A DNA stretch of 20,000 bases from an uncultured bacterium (GTDB lineage Bacteria > UBA8481). Position numbers and translations under genes: made by a program. The first letter of the stretch is position 1; each line of letters begins with the position of its first letter. Below are positions 9,069 to 17,356 of this stretch, piece by piece. The DNA lies in assembly GCA_964499705.1 (NCBI GenBank), contig CAZCME010000011.1:122206-142205 (forward strand). The letters run 5' to 3'. The notes below the pieces were generated by a model. That model searched no databases and was not told where the DNA came from. It saw only the letters and a list, made by a program, of their open reading frames with translations.

Positions 9069-9763
9069 AAGCGGGAGCACGCCTGCTCGCCGGCTCCGCA
9101 TTGGTGATTGCAACATGCGCGCTGGGAAAGAATCTCGAGTTTCTGTGCGCAGGCGCCTACTTTGCTGCGCGCTGGGATGTGATCTGCTTCGCGCTGGGAT
9201 TCTGCGTGGCAGTCGGCATTAAGTTGATGATGCCCGAAATATGCCGGTTCGTGGAGACGCTCGATCATGAGATGTGCCACGCCATCGCCGCTTTTGCCAC
9301 GGGCGGCCGCGTGGAAGCGCTGGGCGTCTCCAGGGCGGGTTATGAGGGAGAAGTGAGACATACCGGCCGCCCCCTCTTTTCTTCGATCGCTCCCTACGTT
9401 CTCCCTCTCGCATGCATCGGCGCAACGGGAATTGTGGCGATTTCCGCCGAGCGCTATCGCCCTTGGGTGATCGGGTTATACGGCACTACGTTTCTCTTCT
9501 ATTTTGCGCGACTTGTGCGGGATCTCCAAGCCACGCTTCGGCTTTCATATGAACTGAGCGATATCAAACACCATCGCGTTCTATCCATTCTGGTGATCGC
9601 CGCAACGAACGCAATCTTGTGCGGAATCATGCTTTCGATCGTCTTTCGGATTTCGACGCCGCGGAGTTTCCTGGCGGCATCCGGAAGTGATGCAATCGTG
9701 ATCAGCCGAGAAATAGCGCGGCTGGGATGGACAATTTCGCAGGAGGTGTTGCGATGCCTGTGA
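9062..9763 (+). CDS. Membrane zinc metallopeptidase, M50B-like
   Basis: HExxH motif HEMCH (9266-9280) in the context HEMCHAIAAFATGGRV, followed by G-x-V, IAPY and a later SD. Multiple TM segments. This layout is typical of Peptidase_M50B. Confidence 0.8.
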   Translation: MLKAGARLLAGSALVIATCALGKNLEFLCAGAYFAARWDVICFALGFCVAVGIKLMMPEICRFVETLDHEMCHAIAAFATGGRVEALGVSRAGYEGEVRHTGRPLFSSIAPYVLPLACIGATGIVAISAERYRPWVIGLYGTTFLFYFARLVRDLQATLRLSYELSDIKHHRVLSILVIAATNAILCGIMLSIVFRISTPRSFLAASGSDAIVISREIARLGWTISQEVLRCL

Positions 9764-10893
9764 TTCATCAAACCAGCGATTCGGAACTTCTCGAAGCCCT
9801 CGAAATTGCGGCCGACGCGGCACCGGAGCCCATCCTTATCCTCGGAGAATCAGGATCGGGCAAGGAGATTATAGCGCGCGCCATAGTGGCGGCATCGTCC
9901 CGCGCCGATCGTCCGCTCATTCAGATTAACGCTTCCACGATCAGTGATGAGCTTGGAGATACATCGGTCTTCGGACATCGACGCGGCGCCTTCACAGGCG
10001 CGGACCGGGCACATGATGGATTGTTGGCCGCCGCTCATGGAGGCACACTTCATGTGGATGAAGTCGCCGATCTTTCGCTTCGCAATCAAGCTAGAATTCT
10101 GCGAGTGCTGGATCGACGCGGTGAGTATCGAAGAGTAGGCGAGGTGCTAATTCGCCAGGCGGACCTCTGGATAATATGTTCGACCAACCGCGATCTGAGC
10201 TTAGCCGTCCGCGACGGGCATTTCCGCGCCGATCTCATGTACCGCTTGGATGTCATCCGCGTCGACGTCCCTCCGCTTCGGGCGCGTCGATGCGATATTC
10301 CCGGGCTTATTGACGCAATTTTGCGAGATATATCTTTTGACCTGAAACGTTCCGTCCAGATCACGAGCGGTGCGCAGCGCGCTCTGATTGACCATCCTCT
10401 TCCAGGCAACATCCGCCAATTGCGAAATGTCCTCGTGCGAGCGGCTCATATGTGCAAAAGAGCCGACAGGTCAGCGCGGGAACTGGTGATCTCCGATACT
10501 GTGATCGATAAATGTCTGAGAATGAGCGATACGGGAATCGTGATCGATCGATCGACTGCGCCGGCGGTCCGGGAGCCCGTTCGGGACAAGGAAGCAGTTC
10601 AGCATCTTGCGCGCGACTGCGAATCGATTCGGCACATGGCTCGAAAGATCATCTCGATGGCGACAACCGGGGAAATGAAGATCACGGATCACACGATATT
10701 CGGAGAGGTCCTCCACGATCCCGGGGCCGTTGCTCTTTACCTCGTTCTGGAAGAAGAGGTCAGAACACTCGGCGGGAAGAGATGCAGCGTCCTGAGAAAC
10801 CTCGGCTGTGATCCCAAGGCGTTCTCGTCGTACGTGGCAAAAATCACCAAGCATCACCCCGAAGTTGTCCAAGCGGCAATGAAGCTCATATGA
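9754..10893 (+). CDS. Sigma54-dependent transcriptional activator (bEBP) lacking an N-terminal regulatory domain
   Basis: AGGAGGT at 9741-9747 precedes the ATG at 9754. Motifs: GESGSGKE, FGHRRGAFTGA, GGTLHVDEV, QARILRVL, TNRDL, FRADLMYRL, PGNIRQLRN. The C-terminal GGKRCSVLRNLGCDPKAF is Fis-HTH-like. Confidence 0.92.
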   Translation: MPVIHQTSDSELLEALEIAADAAPEPILILGESGSGKEIIARAIVAASSRADRPLIQINASTISDELGDTSVFGHRRGAFTGADRAHDGLLAAAHGGTLHVDEVADLSLRNQARILRVLDRRGEYRRVGEVLIRQADLWIICSTNRDLSLAVRDGHFRADLMYRLDVIRVDVPPLRARRCDIPGLIDAILRDISFDLKRSVQITSGAQRALIDHPLPGNIRQLRNVLVRAAHMCKRADRSARELVISDTVIDKCLRMSDTGIVIDRSTAPAVREPVRDKEAVQHLARDCESIRHMARKIISMATTGEMKITDHTIFGEVLHDPGAVALYLVLEEEVRTLGGKRCSVLRNLGCDPKAFSSYVAKITKHHPEVVQAAMKLI

Positions 10894-11150
10894 CGCGGTT
10901 CGCTGAATCAAGGCCTGGCGATTTGAATCAGCCGGGCGCCTATGCAGACTTCGTGGCACCAGCAATGGATGCGCTGATGCGCCGCGACGGTATTAGCGCC
11001 GAGGAAGCCGAGTTTCTCGTCCTGCGTGCCTTGCAGCTGGTCATCGTACGCTCTTCAGCGGAACTTGTGTCGGTCGTGGATGACATGCGCGCGCCGGAAT
11101 GTGCGGTGCGCTCTTCCGTGGACGAGGTCCGGGCATGCGCACCGGCTTGA
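10890..11150 (+). CDS. Small helical protein, ANTAR-like
   Basis: ATGA overlap with the bEBP gene; 86 aa. AMDALMRRDGISAEEAEFLV resembles the ANTAR pattern A-x-G-I-L-M-x-R-x-G-I/L-S-x-E/D-E-A-F. The family call is tentative. Confidence 0.6.
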   Translation: MTRFAESRPGDLNQPGAYADFVAPAMDALMRRDGISAEEAEFLVLRALQLVIVRSSAELVSVVDDMRAPECAVRSSVDEVRACAPA

Positions 11151-12478
11151 TGTCGGGTGCCGCCGCATATTCGAAGGAGCATCTTCGGCTGCTGAACTCG
11201 CTAATCGATGATTATCTCTCCGGTGGAGCATCGCTATCGGAAGTTCTTCACAGGGAAATCGAGGAGCTCAATGGGAGTCGAAAACTCCTCCTGCCGGCGG
11301 TGCTCGTAAGTTGTCTGGCAACCGCAGAAGATGTGAAAGCGTTTCTCACGACGTTCCGGTGTACCGTCTCCTCCAATTTCGAGGATGAGCCCTATCCCGC
11401 GCTCCGTTGTAAGCCGTGGACGCGCTCGCTGAGACGAGCATTAGCTCGCGACCGGCGGATCTGGGAGATCTTTTCGGAGTCGCGTTATTCGGCGGAGATC
11501 GCGGCCGCGTTCGTAACGAAACTCGATGCGGATTCGCTGCTGGCAGAGGGGGCGGTGCGCTTTGTCTGCGAAAATCCGAGGGGAACCGGAGTCCTCATCC
11601 GGATGCTGCGTGATCATGACCTGCCCGAGTGGCTCGTTCGAAAGGTCAAGACAGCGCTGAGGGAATTGGTCGACGAGTCGCCGCAGCCCCCGCGGCATCT
11701 GTTGAAGAGAGGGCGGGAGATATTCCGCGCATGCGAGACGGATTCGCGTGATCGCCACGCAGGGTGGGCTATTGACGTCGCGATCGAGGTGGCGCGGATG
11801 CTCGGTCCGTCGTCGAGTGTCTTTGTGAACTGCGAACGGCTGATATTGGAGCAGCCTGATTCCGTTGAGAGTGACATTCAGTCCCTTTACAGCCCGCTCA
11901 AGGCTGGCCAAAGGGCACACACGAAGATGAACAAGTCGGCGTGGAGGCAATTTCTTGTCGGCGCGAATTACGAAGCGCGAGCGCTGAAGCTTGTGGAGTC
12001 CGGTGCGCTCGCACGTCATGTGGACTCGGAGAGGATTGCGATGGTCGTCTCCTGCCTCATTCCGCCGTGGACTCTTCTGGAGAAACTAAGGGGGTTGGCA
12101 TTCGACGTTCTACAGAGTGGTCCGAATCAGCGATTCGAAGATGCGCTTGCTGCGATCGTCGCGAACTGGATGAAATACGCGGAGCCGCGGGAGGTCGAGC
12201 AGGGCGCGATTGGTGTCAAGTCGAAGTTGCTGACGTGGATCATCGCATCCGGTGCAAACCCTGCATTTACCGATACCCCCTTGCGCGAAATTGCATTCGC
12301 CGGCCGTACCGACACGCCAAGCGCTCTTCTTCTCCCGATTTCCTCCGAGTCGAATAGCCGACCGCGCAGATTTGTCTGGCTTTTACCGCCTGACATCGTG
12401 AGAGCGATGCTGGAGACCGGTGATAGCGGAAATCGGGACACCCACCGCGAGCCTGAGGCCCGATTTTGGGGGAAGTGA
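11135..12478 (+). CDS. Hypothetical protein, predicted largely alpha-helical
   Basis: ORF of about 445 aa overlapping the previous gene. The start is either ATG 11135 (GAGG upstream) or ATG 11150 (TGATG overlap). No motif recognised. Confidence 0.75.
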   Translation: MRTGLMSGAAAYSKEHLRLLNSLIDDYLSGGASLSEVLHREIEELNGSRKLLLPAVLVSCLATAEDVKAFLTTFRCTVSSNFEDEPYPALRCKPWTRSLRRALARDRRIWEIFSESRYSAEIAAAFVTKLDADSLLAEGAVRFVCENPRGTGVLIRMLRDHDLPEWLVRKVKTALRELVDESPQPPRHLLKRGREIFRACETDSRDRHAGWAIDVAIEVARMLGPSSSVFVNCERLILEQPDSVESDIQSLYSPLKAGQRAHTKMNKSAWRQFLVGANYEARALKLVESGALARHVDSERIAMVVSCLIPPWTLLEKLRGLAFDVLQSGPNQRFEDALAAIVANWMKYAEPREVEQGAIGVKSKLLTWIIASGANPAFTDTPLREIAFAGRTDTPSALLLPISSESNSRPRRFVWLLPPDIVRAMLETGDSGNRDTHREPEARFWGK

Positions 12479-12613
12479 GTGCGTTGCGACGATCGATAGC
12501 GTGGTTGATGCCTGTCTGGTGGAAATCCGTAGCAATTCCATAGAACTATGATGCCCGCCTGACAGTCGTACTTGAGTTTCATCGACTTGCATCTCGGGTT
12601 CAGCGTGATTTCG

Positions 12614-12629
12614 AGGCATGACAATTGCC
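12614..12629 (+). promoter_or_regulatory. Candidate sigma54 (-24/-12) promoter
   Basis: AGGCATGACAATTGCC has GG (12615-16)-N10-GC (12627-28) with GGCAYG and TTGC boxes. It sits in the only sizeable intergenic gap of a locus that encodes a bEBP. Against it: two flanking consensus positions mismatch, and the predicted start site would be only a few nt before the ATG at 12646. Confidence 0.35.
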
Positions 12630-12645
12630 CTTGAAGGAATCCGCT

Positions 12646-13350
12646 ATGCCATTTAGCTTCAATATCGATACCACCCCCTCTCGTGTCGCGCTCCTGGACC
12701 TTGATTCACCTTCATGGAGCGAGGACTGTGCCCGGCTCGGCGGGCGGGATGATGTTTTCGTCATCACGGACTCGGCATCTCTCGGCAAGGTCACGAGGCC
12801 CAATCTGATCCTGCGCCGTCCGGGATTGCGAACAGTCCTCGTGCCGCAGGCCGCCGATATTCCGTCTACCGAACTCGTTGCGGAAATATTTGCTCGTGGA
12901 ATCCCGCGGGCATATGGCCTCGTCATCTGCGCTCAGCAGCAGTCATTAAGCACCGTGATCGAAGCGATCGCACATGACGGTTCGGAAAGTGGATACCGAA
13001 AGATCCTGGGTGAAATCGGTCTTCGCGCACATGTACGCGAACAACGACTTGGTCGCCTGCTGGTGGCGACGACATTCCACTGCGCACGTACGCGAGATAT
13101 CGAATGCGCGGCCGACAATACCATTTCATACGGCACCCGGCTCGAGAATACTGGGAGGCCATGGCGTGAAGCATTCGTTCACCTTGCAGTCGAGAAGTCG
13201 CATCAGAAGGTAAATGTCGAACCACTTACTGATCGCGCCTTCGGTCGCTTGCGGAATGAGGAGCGGCTTCATCTGCAGATCGTCGGACGCCCCGGGATGC
13301 GAAGGGGCGGCGCGGACCTCTGTGCGCTCTTCGGGATGTGCGCGGGATGA
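12646..13350 (+). CDS. Hypothetical protein, degenerate DnaB C-terminal/RecA-fold-like
   Basis: AAGGA at 12634-12638 precedes the ATG at 12646; 234 aa. The ordered segments RVALLDLD, VLVPQAADIPSTEL, YGLVIC, YRKILGEIG, DIECAADNTISY and VHLAVEKSH parallel DnaB [45 protein letters not shown] and AEIIIAKQRN. No Walker A/B. The ORF is solid, the family call is tentative. Confidence 0.6.
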   Translation: MPFSFNIDTTPSRVALLDLDSPSWSEDCARLGGRDDVFVITDSASLGKVTRPNLILRRPGLRTVLVPQAADIPSTELVAEIFARGIPRAYGLVICAQQQSLSTVIEAIAHDGSESGYRKILGEIGLRAHVREQRLGRLLVATTFHCARTRDIECAADNTISYGTRLENTGRPWREAFVHLAVEKSHQKVNVEPLTDRAFGRLRNEERLHLQIVGRPGMRRGGADLCALFGMCAG

Positions 13351-14948
13351 ATTCGCCTCAACACAATGAAATATCATGTGGTTCACAGGTTCCTTCGAAT
13401 CCACCCAGGGTGATCTGTTCGTTCATGGATGACGATCACGACCGGATCACAAACACTGCCGGACAATACAATGACATCTCCGACCAGGTGAAACTGTTTA
13501 CGGCAATGGATCTCGTATCCGGATATCTCTCGCGCCGAATACTTGCGTGGCCGCCTTCAAACCTTCGGTGCGCACTCGGAGCCATTTTTGCCCGCGTGCC
13601 ATTATTTCTGATCGGAGGCGCAGGTGTTGGAAAGACGCTTCTGATGAGAACAATTGCGGATCTTGCAGGTGAGGGAGCGGCAATTCATTACGATTTATCT
13701 ACCTGCGATATCTTCCACATGGTGGGTCTCCCTGACGTCAGTAGTTACCACTCAGACGGCAAAACGGACCTCTCCTTCCGCACGCATTCGCGAAGCCTTC
13801 TAAGGAATCCCGGCTATATTTTGTGGGATGAAATCTCTCGGTCCACTTGCGAAAACCAGGCCCTCCTCATGGAAGCGATCGAATCCTCATCCGTGCTCGG
13901 GTTCAAAATCACGAGCCGTCACGTTCTAGCCTCGAATCCGACCGGCAACGGCTTCAAGAGCGTGCATGGCGTCGATGCGGCCTTGGCGGACAGGGCACTC
14001 GTCATGCTGAACGTCGACCAAGGGGCGTGGATCTCGAATCCGGAGCGGGCGGGCAAGTACGTCGTGCTGGCACTCGACGGGCTGGAATTCGGATCGGCTC
14101 CGACCGATGAGGAGAGGGCGGCCTTCTCCTTCCTTTCGACCTCGGTCCCATCTGCAGCATCGTCACTTCTGCAGAGCTTCCTCCGCAACGACGATCGACG
14201 AGCGGGTCTTGCGACGTTTACCAAGGAACTGGCGATGCATGCATCGTCGCTGGGGAGGGTCATTTCGAATCGGGTTCTCGTACGAACAGCACGCTTCCTG
14301 CCCTATCTCATCCTTCTGAACAAGGGAGACACGGAATCTGCCGTCCGTGATTGCGTAATCTCCTGTCTTCAGCACCGGTGCGAATTGCAAGAGGAGGCTG
14401 TCTCGCTCTGCGCGCGCCATGCCTATGAGGGACTGATGATGCCGCGTGATCCCGAACGCGAATTGTTGACGACGCTGTCGCGTATAAAGGACTCCGAAGG
14501 AAAGATGAGGGCTATCGTGGATTTTAAGCCTGATCCAATCTTTCTCACGTCCCAGTTTCGCCATGCACTCCAGTGCGTACGCGAATCGTGTAACGACAAC
14601 AGCATACTGCTGGAGATGGGAGTAGCGACCGTTTCGCGATGGATACGCGGCGGTTGCAAGAACGCGGTTGATATCAAGCGTGGGCTGGTCGACTCACTTC
14701 TATCCTGCCGCGCGAACCTGTTGCAGCGGTATTTGGAGCATGCAGTACCGCACTTTGCGCCTTCGCGTCAGCATCCTGTGGCACGTGCGGCGAACGCGGG
14801 CGCAAGTCAACTCGGGGATATCGAAGTGGAATTGGGGACCGATGATACTATCGGTGTGAATTCGCGGTTTTTTGCGACATTGGAAGAGCGATACGGTTCG
14901 AAGTATCAGGAAAGGCTGAGGAGGGAAGAACGTGCGGTCATCGGATGA
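13347..14948 (+). CDS. MoxR-type (AAA_5/AAA_3-like) AAA+ ATPase with C-terminal helical extension
   Basis: ATGA overlap at 13347-13350. Motifs: PLFLIGGAGVGKT Walker A (13614-13637), ILWDEISR Walker B followed by NQALLMEAI, sensor-1 ASNP, DAALADR arginine finger and ISNR sensor-2-like; 533 aa. Confidence 0.85.
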   Translation: MNSPQHNEISCGSQVPSNPPRVICSFMDDDHDRITNTAGQYNDISDQVKLFTAMDLVSGYLSRRILAWPPSNLRCALGAIFARVPLFLIGGAGVGKTLLMRTIADLAGEGAAIHYDLSTCDIFHMVGLPDVSSYHSDGKTDLSFRTHSRSLLRNPGYILWDEISRSTCENQALLMEAIESSSVLGFKITSRHVLASNPTGNGFKSVHGVDAALADRALVMLNVDQGAWISNPERAGKYVVLALDGLEFGSAPTDEERAAFSFLSTSVPSAASSLLQSFLRNDDRRAGLATFTKELAMHASSLGRVISNRVLVRTARFLPYLILLNKGDTESAVRDCVISCLQHRCELQEEAVSLCARHAYEGLMMPRDPERELLTTLSRIKDSEGKMRAIVDFKPDPIFLTSQFRHALQCVRESCNDNSILLEMGVATVSRWIRGGCKNAVDIKRGLVDSLLSCRANLLQRYLEHAVPHFAPSRQHPVARAANAGASQLGDIEVELGTDDTIGVNSRFFATLEERYGSKYQERLRREERAVIG

Positions 14949-15994
14949 CCGTAGATAGAAGTCCGAGCGAGCAGATTAGAGGGTTGAAATCTGCCTGGGC
15001 GTCATCGCGACGACGTGTCATCGACGTGCTCGCGGCTGCATTGTCGACACCAACCTCAACACTCGCTCGTGCTGCTATTCGATTCTGCCTGGAGGGTGAG
15101 CGCCGCGAAGCTCTTCTGAAACATCTCGTCGCTTGCCGAAAAGGAGACAAAGTGCTCGCGATGATGGCGGCCGCCGTGAGCGAGAATGAAGATGGATTCA
15201 AGCCGACGTCGTTTAGAGGCATGATTCTCATTCTGCGAAAGGCCGTGTTATCGCCGGTTTCGAAAGAAAATGCGACAAAGCCGGATTTTCTGCGAGTGAT
15301 CGAGAGGCAGGGCGCGACATCATTGATTGTGGCGCTGGCGCGCATCTCCGCGTCGATGCCGGAGATTCGGCGGGCCGAGAGTCTGCTCTGGGAACAGCAG
15401 AATCACGGTCTCGACCTCCGAAGTCAGACCGCGGCACTCTATCATGAGAAGCGTGTGCTGCGAATCTCGGATCATCCTTCGCGAAAAAAGGATGATACGG
15501 CCGACGCAATACGTCGGCGCCTGCTGGAAGGAAGTATTTCACGGAAGGAATTGTTTACAGTGATCTCGAATGACGGGGTGCGGGGCGGGGAGGCCAAGAA
15601 ACTCGCCCGTGTTGCTACTCTTCTTCTTTCCGATTGCGAAGTGCGCGAGGCGCTCGCAAGACTCCTTCCGGACCTCGGGAAACCGCCGGGTATGATCTCT
15701 CTGAGTTACATTATGCATGGGGTGATCGAGGCTTCGAAGCGGAGTCTTCAACCGCGCGCACTCAGCATCGGCGAATATGCCATTCTGACGAAGCAACCCG
15801 AGAAATGGTTCTTTGCTCCCACTTGTACTCCTGCGTACATCCAGAAAGGAAGCCGCCTTCGTGTCATCCATGATTCTCTGGAGATTACCGTGGTCGAAGG
15901 AGTAGATAAGGAGTCGCAGAACGGTGTTGCGGTCGAAGCGCCGCTCGCGGACAAGTTCGCGTTTCTTGTGCCGCTGGCTGTTGGGCTGGAATGA
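14945..15994 (+). CDS. Hypothetical protein downstream of MoxR
   Basis: ATGA overlap; 349 aa, basic and mostly helical. No vWA MIDAS motif (DxSxS) or HExxH seen. Confidence 0.72.
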   Translation: MTVDRSPSEQIRGLKSAWASSRRRVIDVLAAALSTPTSTLARAAIRFCLEGERREALLKHLVACRKGDKVLAMMAAAVSENEDGFKPTSFRGMILILRKAVLSPVSKENATKPDFLRVIERQGATSLIVALARISASMPEIRRAESLLWEQQNHGLDLRSQTAALYHEKRVLRISDHPSRKKDDTADAIRRRLLEGSISRKELFTVISNDGVRGGEAKKLARVATLLLSDCEVREALARLLPDLGKPPGMISLSYIMHGVIEASKRSLQPRALSIGEYAILTKQPEKWFFAPTCTPAYIQKGSRLRVIHDSLEITVVEGVDKESQNGVAVEAPLADKFAFLVPLAVGLE

Positions 15995-16055
15995 AACAAT
16001 CCCCATTCACCAGATTCTGTGGCCGGGTCGCCTTGACGAGGAAGAACTTCGCTCA

Positions 16056-16520
16056 ATGCCCATCTCCATCACTCGCGGCGCGTTTATCGCGGATGGCGTA
16101 CTCCCGGACAAACTGATGAGTGGATTCCGCGAATTCGTCGAAGAGCAGAAGGGTATTCGCGCACTTATCTGCGATGGTCTCGAACGCTACATTTGCGAGC
16201 CAGTGCATGACCCGAGAGAGTATCATAATCGATTGTCATCCATCGTGACGAGATTAGCGACGCTCGGTACGGATGTTGGGATTCCGATTCTGCTCTCCGC
16301 ATATATCCGTCGGGCTGCCAGGGATCGTGTCCCTACTCTCGCTGATGTTGATGGTGGTTCGAGAATCACCGGCATTTCGCGGGGGGTGGTTTTACTTCAT
16401 CCAGATTCTATCGGCATGATGGACGAGGTCGAGATCCGATTCCATTGCGGAAAGCCGCGACGATTGCTACTGAGCAAGGCGCGCCTGAACCGAGAACTCT
16501 GCCGGTTCGAGGAAGCATGA
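16056..16520 (+). CDS. Degenerate DnaB helicase C-terminal-like domain protein
   Basis: GIRALICDGL, YHNRLSSIVTRLATLGTDVGIPILLSAYIRR, RVPTLADVDGGSRI, VVLLHP and LCRFEE align in order with DnaB [59 protein letters not shown] and YTRFEN. No Walker A. The start is uncertain: ATG 16056, or TTG 15981/15924 in the same frame. Confidence 0.68.
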   Translation: MPISITRGAFIADGVLPDKLMSGFREFVEEQKGIRALICDGLERYICEPVHDPREYHNRLSSIVTRLATLGTDVGIPILLSAYIRRAARDRVPTLADVDGGSRITGISRGVVLLHPDSIGMMDEVEIRFHCGKPRRLLLSKARLNRELCRFEEA

Positions 16521-17356
16521 ACATCCTCGTCAAGATGGATTACTTCGCGAATGGCGAAAGGGCGACCTCCATCGGGATCGTCGCGGATGGATGTTCATTC
16601 CGGAACCCCTGCGGGATCCTCTGTCGCAATCAGGAATATGAATACGTCTACGGCGAGTTCTCCTACTGCGTGGCGCCTGCTCGAAAAACATTCGACGGCG
16701 AGCCCCTGGACATGCAGGTGATCGTCAGACAGGCCAGAAAATATTCGATACTCGATGTCATCCAACCTCGCGCGGATTGGATTGTGCGGTTCTCCGTGCT
16801 CAGGCGTGATGTGCGAAATCCCATTCGTCCCCTATCGACAGCTCAACTCAGACTGGCCGATTCCATAATCGAGGCGGAATCCGAGGATCTAGAACATGCT
16901 GTCGCCGCGTGGGTCGGACTGTGGACGGTATCCGGAGTCACGGGGTTGGATTATTCGGACGTTGGCACTCTGGCGAAGGGGGCGCGCTCGATCGCTCGGC
17001 AAGTTCAGCTATCGACGAGCGACTTCAAGGGCAAGCTCAAGAGGTTCCTGCCCGCGTTGTTGCCGAAGCGGCAGGAAAGAACGGGGCTCATTGTCGTAGT
17101 CACGCACCGTGGGAACGTCTCCCTGAGCATCTGGGAAGACGTCATGAAAGCGATTAATAAGCAGGTATCGGCTGAACCTGAGGTGGACATTCTCCAACAG
17201 TGTTTTGTTCTGCCAGACATGCATCCGGATCACATGCGCATTGTCATCTTTGACTGCAGCAACGTGGGAAGCGATTCAAGCAAGCCTGCCGCGAGTGCCT
17301 CTGGAATGACGAAGCGCGGTGCCCGACAAATCGCAGATGAGAGCGGAGAGGAATAG
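16517..17356 (+). CDS. Protein with FtsZ C-terminal-like half (H7/T7 loop plus C-terminal subdomain), no GTPase signature
   Basis: ATGA overlap; 279 aa. [30 protein letters not shown] resembles FtsZ [55 protein letters not shown]...[13 protein letters not shown] resembles [24 protein letters not shown]...ESMGDEIRVTVIA. GGGTGTG is absent. Confidence 0.7.
   Translation: [279 protein letters not shown]

Noticed and set aside
12646-12800. vWA MIDAS motif in LLDLDSPSW ... VFVITD
   Set aside because: The spacing is DxxSxS rather than DxSxS, the ITD is too close, and the rest of the protein fits a RecA/DnaB-like order better.
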